64,000 bases of DNA, taken from the NCBI GenBank assembly GCA_964016885.1, contig OZ024752.1, positions 38,874,001 to 38,938,000 of the forward strand. The letters run 5' to 3'. Of the stretch, positions 54,172 through 64,000 are shown piece by piece (positions within the stretch are counted from its first letter, which is position 1; every line of letters starts with the position of its first letter). The notes under the pieces were generated by a model. That model had not been told where the DNA came from, ran no database searches, and saw only the letters and a program-made list of their open reading frames with translations. A program made the position numbers and the translations under genes. The DNA comes from Eledone cirrhosa. Taxonomy: Eukaryota.

Positions 54172-54316
54172 AAAAAGTAATTATGGTTTTATAAATATAG
54201 CTTCCATTTATTAATATATTGTATATATATATAATTGGTGTGGGATGCTTACAGAGCAGAGTATAATATCACATAAGAAACGGAGAATCAGTGGTGCTAC
54301 GAATAAGATTTATTAA

Positions 54317-54412
54317 ACATATTACAATCGTTTCTCTGGCGACCAGCTCGAGGAGGCACGATCGATGCAATGATCAAACCTGACTCTGAAATCGCAAGAT
54401 CCTCGGATATGT
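54317..54412 (-). ncRNA. Hammerhead-like motif with apparent 53-nt insertion in the core
   Basis: Minus strand acatat-CCGA-[53 nt]-GA-g ctgg tcg ccag a-GAAAC gatt GTA-atatgt, then AATAAA; perfect 6-bp stem I. Confidence 0.52.
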
Positions 54413-54450
54413 CTCGATTCTACGAAGCAGAGTTTCCAAATATATATATA

Positions 54451-55235
54451 TACCTTACCCAATTACACCTCTCAAAGACAATGACACACGACCGTGACTT
54501 CTGGCGTCACGCAGTAATACAGAGTACCCGACCTCCCATGGGTACATGCTCAAGCATATAAACAATATGCCCCCACCGCAAGGTGGTCGTGGAGGTGCCA
54601 CGGCAAAAAAAGCACCCAGCCCACACTGTAAAGTGGACGTGTAGGCGCCACGAAAAAGCACCCAGCACTCACTGTAAATGAGGTTGGTGTTAGGAAGGGC
54701 ATCCAGCTGTAGAAATCAAGCCAGATCAGTTCCTGTATGAGCAAGGCATGGTCAGCCGACCAGACACTGCCCACAACAGGACAACCCGTCTAACCCATGC
54801 TAGCGTGGAAGAACGGACGTAAAACGGTGATGATGATGATGATACCTTACCCAATTACACCTCTCAAAGACAATGACACACGACCGTGACTTCTGGCGTC
54901 ACGCAGTAATACAGAGTACCCGACCTCCCATGGGTACATGCTCAAGCATATAGACAATATGCCCCCACTGCAAAGTGGTCGTGGAGGTGCCACGGCAAAA
55001 AAAGCACCCAGCCCACACTGTAAAGTGGACGTGTAGGCGCCACGAAAAAGCACCCAGCACTCACTGTAAATGAGGTTGGTGTTAGGAAGGGCATCCAGCT
55101 GTAGAAATCAAGCCAGATCAGTTCCTGTATGAGCAAGGCATGGTCAGCCGACCAGACACTGCACACAACAGGACAACCCGTCTAAGCCATGCTAGCGTGG
55201 AAGAACGGACGTAAAACGGTGATGATGATGAATGA
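54451..55235 (+). repeat. 392-bp tandem duplication (LINE-3'-like piece plus SINE 3' half)
   Basis: taccttacccaattacacc... starts at 54451 and 54843; ORF-track duplicates are offset by 392. Confidence 0.93.
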
Positions 55236-56073
55236 TGATGATATATATCTTCCTGGGAAGATCGTGGAGACAAAATCCTCACGCACACCTTCCAGCAGAA
55301 GCAACTGTCTCTAATTGATCCAGCAGGATCCACAAGCGAGACCAACCAAGCTCATGGATGTTATCCAACCATCTTGCTCAAGGTTTACTCCTGGATCTCC
55401 TGCTAGTTGGGTTTGCCTGAAAAAGCTGTCCAGCGATTCTTTCCTTAGACATTCTGAGTGTAGTATCGGAGCTGTGATTTCTCAATTCGGAAAAGTGGCT
55501 CTACCTGGAACGACTCTGATCTTCGAGCTACGCTCTCTATCGAGTAACGTTACTCCAAAGACCCCTGGGAGGGATACCGATCATATTCTTTCGGTCATTA
55601 CCCAAGATTCACGACCATAGGTAAAAGTTGGTACAAATACCGAATTGAAGATAGCGAACTTGTCTTTTACATCTACTTCTCTTCTGATGATCGAATGCTG
55701 AAGCTGGCGCATTACTGCATATATATATAGTGAAGGCGTGTGGCTGAGTGGTTAGAGAATTGGATTCGCAATCGTAAGGTTGTGAGTTCGATTCCTGGAC
55801 CAGGCGATGCGTTATGTCCTTGAGCAAGACACTTTATTTCATGTTGCTCCTTCTACCTGGAGTTGCGACCCGATAGATAGTATTAGCAATTGGAAAGACC
55901 AACGGAAACATTGTTCCCTCGGTCCGATTTGACGAAAGTCGATCGTTACTATATATATATATATATATATATAAACGGAAAAAATGAAACGAAATTTCGT
56001 TTCTTACTCTTAGTACGGCTGTTACTTAAATATAAGTATGTACAATACGTTCAACAATCTGACAGGAAGGTAT

Positions 56074-56116
56074 ACGTTGCTGACGATAGCTAATAAGCTT
56101 GAAACTAGTACAGCGT
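56074..56116 (+). ncRNA. Minimal type-I hammerhead motif
   Basis: acgttg-CTGACGA-t agct aata agct t-GAAAC ta GTA-cagcgt; stem III is the palindrome ACTAGT. Confidence 0.75.
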
Positions 56117-56330
56117 TCCTTTGTCAGTGTTGAACAAACGAGCAACGATGGTTGCTGGACACTACGGCTTAATACGGGATGTTTGTTTACAAACATACCG
56201 AGCATTATAATAAATGTTCGGTGAATCCATACGTACATATATATATATATGTGTGCATGTATGTATATATATATACATACTACTGTACGTCTGTATACAT
56301 ATGTATGTACGTGTACATATATATATATAT

Positions 56331-56521
56331 AACGAAGGAAATATGGTAAGGAACCAGGTGGACCATAACGCACCAAAGTACTCAATACTTGAGGTAGTAG
56401 AGTGGGTAATAGGAACCAGTAAGACCCCGACAGCTGAGCTCAAGCCGTTTCGACGGCTAATTCTGTCCAGAATTAGCCGTCGAAACGGCTTGAGCTCAGC
56501 TGTCGGGGTCTTACTGGTTCC

Positions 56522-56524
<3 letters not shown>
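56331..56524 (+). mobile_element. Second copy of the palindromic element, in (TA)n
   Basis: Unique arm aacgaaggaaatatggtaagg... plus hairpin ataggaaccagtaag...cttactggttcctat. Confidence 0.65.
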
Positions 56525-56578
<54 letters not shown>

Positions 56579-58139
56579 AGGTACTTGTGGTACTGTATAT
56601 ATATATATGTGTGTGTGTGTGTATATATAAAGGTACTCGTGGTACTGCATATATATATATAATATATGTGTGTGTGTGTGTATAAAGGTACTCGTGGTGA
56701 TTAGGTGAGTGCTTAAACATGAAATTAACGATAATGGAGAATATAAACAAAAATAACGGGTTTGTTTGGTTTCAACAAGGAAACGTTTCAACTAACCAGA
56801 TGTTGCTCTTTTTTTAAGACACACGTATTTTCAGAATAAAATTATTTTCCCATATACAAGAAGCGTTCAATAAATTTTGTTTGCAAAGATAATCATTTCA
56901 TAATAAATACAACTTAAACTGTATTTTTAACCACACGCCCAATTTCTTTTTTTTATTGATACATATATGTTTGCATTTGGAATGCCATATCCATACTATG
57001 CAAACAAAATATGCTTAACGCTTGACATATATGTAAGAATAATTCTATTTTAAAGGCAGGTGTATTACAAATAGGTTAAGACAGAAGTGCGCTAAAACGA
57101 AACTTATTCGCATCTATACCTTAAAAAAAGCGAAGTTAATTGTTAAACTTCATACGTACATAGACTCATACAAATATTAAAAAAAATTACACGTAGGGCT
57201 AAGCACTCACATGAATAATTTCAGTTCAACTCAAAGTTACATAAGACCCTGTAAATATGATTATGTGTGGGAGTGTGTATGTATGTATGTTAATTATGTT
57301 CTTTCTCATTTCAGGTCAATCTTTTCAGTTAAAAATCTTTCGAGAAATATGGATCTAGAGTTAACTGGATAATTACGATATAAATTTTATATATATAATA
57401 TAATATAATTGTTTCTACTTTTGGCACAAGATCAGCAATTATCCCAGTGCATTACTGGTAAATATAATATAATATATATAAATATTTTTATTAGCTCATA
57501 TATATTATGAGCTAATAAAAATATTTATTTCGTTCTTGAAATATAACTAGAGAAAGTCCGAATGTTGCCAAGACTAAACCTAACCTTATAAGGGAAAATC
57601 ATTTTTTTTTTTACAAACAATATACATAATTCAGATACCAGTTCTGTCAAATGAAACTTTGTTGCTTCGCACTAATTTCAATGGAAGGATATAATAAGAT
57701 TGTAAGATGAAATTGCCAGTTTGATGTAAATGAAGTGAAATACCAACTTGAGAATCGAAACGCGCTTAAATAAGATAAAGTAACGCATAATTTTTCTCTG
57801 AACTATAGAACGATTCCTACTTCTAAATCAAATCGACGAGTTCGTCCATTCATCCCCTATAAGTATTTGTTTTCTTAAAAGTCCTGAAATTAAAAGCGAA
57901 AAGCGCGCAATTGCTGCTGGGTAGTGTTTAAACGTTTTGCAATTAACTGTAGTTCTTACTAGAAGCAAAACTATATAGAATCGTCATAATAAAGAAAGTG
58001 ACTTTGAAAGATTAATAAGCTTACAAGTCGAATAACTATATACTTTATTAATTATCTTATTTTTTGTGGTTTGGAAATTTAGTCTTTTATATTTTAATTT
58101 CTTTGCAATATTTTATTTCATTTTAATTGTTTGTTTCGA

Positions 58140-58253
58140 AACTGTTGCTATTCTATTGACACTTCCTGCCACTCAACACATGCCCTCATTAAAGTCCTCT
58201 TTCACTGTAATATCCCGCCACCGTTCAATTTTTCTTTCACATTATCGGCAAAT
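58140..58253 (+). promoter_or_regulatory. Probable SSBP1 proximal promoter / 5' UTR
   Basis: ETS-like ACTTCCTG at about 58161 and E2F-like TCCCGCCA at about 58213, just upstream of the ATG, in non-repetitive DNA. Confidence 0.4.
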
Positions 58254-58277
58254 ATGTTCACTCGCAATTTAATTCAG
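58254..58277 (+). CDS. SSBP1: Mitochondrial single-stranded DNA-binding protein, coding exon 1
   Basis: ATG TTC ACT CGC AAT TTA ATT CAG|GTtagt = MFTRNLIQ, phase 0. Resembles the presequence start of vertebrate SSBP1 (MFRRPVLQ). Confidence 0.8.
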
Positions 58278-59056
58278 GTTAGTGTGTTGTTATTGTTTAG
58301 TCACATATCAGCTCCGATCAAAAGGCGCTCCAGCAATGACCGCACCTCCTTTTTTTAAACATAATGTAATTATGTCCTTTATATATATATATGCAGAGGT
58401 TATATTTAATTTAAAAATATATATATATATATATATATAAGAGTAGGGTGTGATTTGTAGGATATTTGGTTGTATATAGGCTCCTGTGTGAATCGGCTGG
58501 GTTAGATGATTAGCATTGTGGTCTTCCAGTTGATATAGTAATATTATATATTCACACACAGCCACAAAAGAAAGGAATGGTTTAGTTGTGACTTTGTATT
58601 TTGCAAACCATTGTTTTCAACTGTTTTCATAATAAACTTTTCCGTATTTATTGATTTCTGATAATAAACATAAAGCGTGATATTTGTAGGTAAAAAGGAA
58701 ATGTGTTTGTGTGATATTTATGTCTTTCCCAATGACAGTAAATAAATTACGTATAATAGCTGCAATTGAAAGTCTAAACCAAGTTACTGGCTCAATTTTT
58801 CGTATGTTTACTTTTATAGCACCATGACTGCGGACTTCTAAGTGTGATACTCTTCTATCTTCTACATCCACAGCACTGCTAACACCATAAGCGTATTGCT
58901 CCCATCATTTTGGGAGATGCAGACGTTCATAATTTTCAGACAAAATAGACAAATTATTTCGACAACATTTTTTCGGGGGTGTGTGCAGATGCACCCCCAC
59001 CAATTCGCTACTACCTAACATAAATAAATGTAAAAAAATCAAATAACAGAAGAAAG

Positions 59057-59211
59057 GGTAAATTTACAGTAAAGCACCCGCTGGTGTTCGCTAATAAATT
59101 TTTTTCGTGTGTTTTCAACTAACCCTACCTCCGACATGCTCGCAATCGACTTTTCTTTTTCCCGAAAACGGAATTGGCGAATCTCAGCGGGTGTTTTTCT
59201 ATAAATTTACC
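59057..59211. mobile_element. Unclassified MITE in SSBP1 intron 1
   Basis: TIRs ggtaaatttacagtaaagcacccgctg / cagcgggtgtttttctataaatttacc. Confidence 0.65.
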
Positions 59212-60961
59212 GAAAAACTTAATAGACAAAAATATATTCATGTCTAAAATTTTTCAGAATTTAAGGAATAAGAAGGAAAAAATATTCTATTTCTATTTAA
59301 GAATTATTACAATTTCATTCATTCATTCATAGACGCCTCTGACAACTCCAGGGTTATTTTACCCAATTTTCTAAGCTATTGTTTATAGCGGTCGGCTGTT
59401 ATTACAGCTATTTACTGGGATTAGGATTCTTACATTTTCAAACACAATATTATACTTTTTATATACATTCTATATTAAGTTTATGTGTGGTAGGAACCTC
59501 TCTCGAGAGCCGGACAGCAGGTATTCAGTGAAGAAACTCCCTCAAGCAAGTGTTTCGTCCCTTAACTTCTAAAACACAGCAGAAAGTCTTCAAAGAAGAA
59601 CCCCCTCCCTTCAAGCAAGTGTTTTGGCCCATAACTTCTGAAACACTCGCTTGAGGTGGTGGGTTTTCTTTGAATACCTTCTGCTGTTCAGCACTCCTCA
59701 GAATTTCTTACTCCGAATATAAATTCGACATATCAAGTTTTCATTTATGTTAACGTTATTGAGGCAAGGGAGGTAACTCTATGTTGACCAAATTAGTTGC
59801 GATGGTGGCTGATCGACTGAAACTCATTACGTAATAGGTTCTCGACTATTTTCACTACCATATGTTGTGTGTGTATTTTTGGCATAGAAATATTGCAACC
59901 GGCAACTTCTTATGTGCACATTTTAGCACCTCGCCTACAAGTTTCGCTCTGAGGGGACATAAGAACTGTTTAGTGCTCACCCCTCCCCTCATCTAGGCCC
60001 GACTTTGTTTCCGCATAACTTTCTAATAATAGTTTCTGATGTAGGCACAAGGCCAACAGTTTTGAGTGAAGGGAAAGTCGATTAAATCGACTCCAGTGCG
60101 TTACTGGTACTTTATTTTATCGACCCCGTAAGGATGAAAAACAAACCTAACATTGGCAGGATTTAAACTCAGAACGTAACGCGATCATCATCATCATCAT
60201 CATCATCATCGATTAACGTCCATCTTCCACGCTAGCATGGGTTAGACGGGTCCTATTTTGAGGTAAGTTGTGTCGAGTGACCATGTCTCGCTCATATAGG
60301 GGTGTTTCTGGCTGGTTTTCTACGGCTGGATGCCCTTCCTAACGCCAACCACATTTACAGTGTGGGCTGGGTGCTTTTTGAATTATGAAATTTGGTAGAG
60401 GTACATTTTCGAGGGTGTAGATTACGATGAAATTTATGAAATGTTTCCTACAATTCAGAGTTGTAGAAATAATATTACATTCCACATTGGTGTTGTTCAT
60501 TGTCATCCTAAAAAAATAATCGATTTTACGTTTAGCCTACGACAAATACGGGTTAAAAGTATTCAATAAATGAAAGCATTAACGAATGGAAGTATATAAT
60601 AATGAAAGTATTTGAAAATAAGTATATATATATATTTGATATAAAATATGGTGTGCCCATGTGTGGAGATGCTATAAAATAGCTTATAATATAATCGTAT
60701 CAAAACACTTGGTGATTTGAAAATGTGAGAATCCTAAACACAGAAAATAGATATGACAACAGTCGATCACTGAGTTGGCTGAATGGTTCATAGGCTGACC
60801 AAGATACTCTCATGGAATGACCTGATGAGGTTTAATTTTTCAAGATAGTCCCTGGAAAGAAACAATGCAGTTATTATTAATAAGAAGAGTTGAAATTAAT
60901 GCATGCAAGATTTCACAGCTGTAATCTTCATTTACTTAAAATGTCTTGTAATACTTTGTAG

Positions 60962-61043
60962 TTGTTGCGCCACACGGAGTCCATAGGTGTTCCTGTAGCA
61001 CGGTCCACTTCCAATGCTACATCTATGCCAAAGTTTGAAAAGT
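60962..61043 (+). CDS. SSBP1: SSBP1 coding exon 2
   Basis: actttgtAG|...|GTaagt; 82 nt, phase 0 to 1. Encodes LLRHTESIGVPVARSTSNATSMPKFEK(C) and links exons 1 and 3 in frame. Confidence 0.85.
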
Positions 61044-61458
61044 GTAAGTCACATTTTGAAATCTTTATGGTTTGGTATTACCTGTTTTGGGATTTTTTTT
61101 TTTATAAGATTTTAAAATTATTCTAACCCTTTCAGGACTGCATTTCTAATGAAATACACTCTATTTTAATTTACTACTGAAGAATTTTGAGGGATTAACT
61201 AAAATTGTCAATTATTTCATTACTGAGATCGTAACTTAATCCTTTAGCATTTACATTACTCTATATTTACTATTGTATTTTCGGGGTTTACCTCACGTAA
61301 TTGTCTCACATAATATCTTTACCTCACGTAATTATCTCACATAATATCTTTACCTCACATAATTATCTCACATAATATCTTTACCTCACGTAATTATCTC
61401 ACATAATATCGAATCTGAGATTTTGATTTTAGTTATTTTGAGAATAGTATGAGTGGTT

Positions 61459-62650
61459 GGTTACAGCCGGTTTGAACAGAAAGAGGTGAGAGAATTCTGG
61501 CCGGATATGGCCGGTTACAGCTGGCTTGAACAGAAAGAGGTGAGAGAATTCTGGCCGGATATGGCCGGTTACAGCTGGCTTGAACAGAAAGAGGTGAGAG
61601 AATTCTGGCCGGATATGGCCGGTTACAGCTGGCTTGAACAGAAAGAGGTGAGAGAATTCTGGCCAGATATGGCCGGTTACAGCTGGCTTGAACAGAAAGA
61701 GGTGAGAGAATTCTGGCCAGATATGGCCGGTTACAGCTGGCTTGAACAGAAAGAGGTGAGAGAATTCTGGCCGGATATGGCCGGTTACAGCTGGCTTGAA
61801 CAGAAAGAGGTGAGAGAATTCTGGCCAGATATGGCCGGTTACAGCTGGCTTGAACAGAAAGAGGTGAGAGAATTCTGGCCGGATATGGCCGGTTACAGCT
61901 GGCTTGAACAGAAAGAGGTGAGAGAATTCTGGCCGGATATGGCCGGTTACAGCTGGCTTGAACAGAAAGAGGTGAGAGAATTCTGGCCGGATATGGCCGG
62001 TTACAGCTGGCTTGAACAGAAAGAGGTGAGAGAATTCTGGCCAGATATGGCCGGTTACAGCTGGCTTGAACAGAAAGAGGTGAGAGAATTCTGGCCGGAT
62101 ATGGCCGGTTACAGCTGGCTTGAACAGAAAGAGGTGAGAGAATTCTGGCCGGATATGGCCGGTTACAGCTGGCTTGAACAGAAAGAGGTGAGAGAATTCT
62201 GGCCAGATATGGCCGGTTACAGCTGGCTTGAACAGAAAGAGGTGAGAGAATTCTGGCCGGATATGGCCGGTTACAGCTGGCTTGAACAGAAAGAGGTGAG
62301 AGAATTCTGGCCGGATATGGCCGGTTACAGCTGGCTTGAACAGAAAGAGGTGAGAGAATTCTGGCCGGATATGGCCGGTTACAGCTGGCTTGAACAGAAA
62401 GAGGTGAGAGAATTCTGGCCAGATATGGCCGGTTACAGCTGGCTTGAACAGAAAGAGGTGAGAGAATTCTGGCCGGATATGGCCGGTTACAGCTGGCTTG
62501 AACAGAAAGAGGTGAGAGAATTCTGGCCGGATATGGCCGGTTACAGCTGGCTTGAACAGAAAGAGGTGAGAGAATTCTGGCTGGATATGGCCGGTTACAG
62601 CTGGCTTGAACAGAAAGAGGTGAGAGAATTCTGGCCGGATATTGCTGGTT
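61459..62650. repeat. 54-bp minisatellite, about 22 units, inside a TTAA MITE (about 61236-62668) in SSBP1 intron 2
   Basis: Unit ggttacagctggcttgaacagaaagaggtgagagaattctggccggatatggcc equals the subterminal segment of the MITE; MITE ends flank the array. Confidence 0.97.
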
Positions 62651-62956
62651 TAAATGTTAAATGGTTAATGTAAAGTTCTTATATAAAATTATGTTGGAAG
62701 ATTTTAATTTAAATTGGAAACCTTTAAAATTGGTGCCTTTATTTCATAATACCAGAGCCGAATTTGGCCGGGCTGGTAACTAAAGGGCTAAATATTAGTG
62801 TGTCATAGTTTGCTTGAAGCATTGTATAAAGTGTATCATATGGTGTTTTATTAGAAACTACCTTCATAGTCACCCTATGAACCTTTTAGCTAGCCCTCAT
62901 ATATATGATATTGGGATAAATTTAATGCTTTCTCTTTTATTTCTTTCTGTTCTTAG

Positions 62957-63076
62957 GTTTAAACCAAATAAACTTGATTGGTCGGATTGGACGAGATGCA
63001 GAAGCTCGTGGCTCAGAAAGCCATCCTGTGATTATATTGTCGTTAGCAACAAGTTTTGTCTATGTTAAAGCCTCTG
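62957..63076 (+). CDS. SSBP1: SSBP1 coding exon 3 (start of OB fold; gene continues beyond window)
   Basis: Long pyrimidine tract ttcttAG|...|GTaagt; 120 nt, phase 1 to 1. Encodes LNQINLIGRIGRDAEARGSESHPVIILSLATSFVYVKAS(G), matching the SSB motif LNxVxLxGRxGxD...HPVxxFSLAT. Confidence 0.93.
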
Positions 63077-64000
63077 GTAAGTGAATTAACCTTTTTAGCA
63101 TTTACATTATTCTATATATACTATATTATTTTTGTGGTAAAGGCTTTACCTAACATAATATCTCATATGATATCGAATCTATGAGATTTTGATAGTATTT
63201 ATTTTAAGAACAATACCTTAACATCAGTATGAGTGGCCAGATTTTGCTGGTTTGAACAGAAAGAGGTGAAAGAATTCTGAACGGATATGGCTGGTTTAAA
63301 TCTCATCCATTTGGAGACTATAATTTAACATAACAAGTGGCAGATTTAAAGATAAAAGGGAGTGAAATTATTTGTGTTTCTAGGGCATTTTTAAACCTGA
63401 CAGAGCCCGTCTTCTCTCCACGTTAATACTTTTTGTTATATTGTTATTTAGTCAAGATTTTATCACACACACAAACATCCCTTCCCTTCTCTTGATGTGT
63501 TGTTTCCTTGAGCAAGACACTTTATTTCACATTGCTCCAGTTTACTCAGCTGTAGAAATGAGATGATAGGGACTGGTGTCCCTATCATTCCACTGCAAAG
63601 TGGTCGTTGAGGTACCACGGCAAAAAAGCACCAGCACTCACTGTAAATGAGGTTGGTGTTAGGAAGGGCATCCAGCTGTAGAAATCAAGCCAAAATCAGT
63701 TCCCGTCCCACCCTTGCAAGCAGGGAAAAGCGGACGTAAAATGATGATGATGATGATGATATTGTTATTTATACTGTGTGTATTGTTATTTAGTGAAGGT
63801 GTGTGGCTGAGTGGTTAGAGAATTCGATCTGCAGTCATGGGGTTGTGAGTTTGATTCCCGGACTGGGCGATGCGGTATGTCCTTGAGCAAGACACTTTAT
63901 TTCACGCTGCTCCTTCTGCCTGGATTTGCGACTGACAGATAGTATTAGCAATTCGAAAGACCCATGGAAACATTGTTTCCTCGGTCCGATTTGACGAGCT

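Larger units (their letters stand above)
53857..54221. repeat. 365-bp palindrome carrying a hammerhead motif in each arm
   Basis: caatatattaataaatgg...gctgga tag tccagc...ccatttattaatatattg. Confidence 0.92.

Noticed and set aside
61453-62673. 406-aa repeat ORF, or a CRISPR-like array
   Set aside because: Head-to-tail MITE-derived repeats without unique spacers, in a eukaryotic intron, with no cas genes.

Overview
AT-rich, repeat-dense animal genomic DNA; the SINE, RTE LINE and microsatellite content suggests a cephalopod such as Octopus (inference). Two spliced genes point away from each other at the window edges. On the - strand is the 5' part of a nucleosome assembly protein 1 gene (NAP1L1/NAP1L4-like; four coding exons at 8-3591, probable non-coding first exon and CCAAT/E2F promoter near 12.3-12.5 kb). 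On the + strand is the 5' part of mitochondrial single-stranded DNA-binding protein SSBP1 (three coding exons at 58254-63076). Neither gene is called in the ORF track. The very long ORFs in that track are read-through of tandem arrays (21, 48, 84 and 54 bp units), three of which visibly grew out of interspersed repeats. The intergenic space holds tRNA-derived SINEs, TTAA/piggyBac-like and mariner-like MITEs, an RTE LINE fragment, a decayed maT-type transposase and many fold-back palindromes. The most interesting signal is a set of minimal type-I hammerhead ribozyme motifs of the kind associated with Penelope-like element ends, next to (TA)n tracts. It includes canonical copies (42375, 53900, 54107, 56074), a CCGA-core variant (43182) and two dissimilar copies whose catalytic core appears split by a roughly 50-nt stem-loop at position 7 (42633 +, 54317 -). 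All structures were read by eye, ribozyme activity is untested, and repeat boundaries are approximate.
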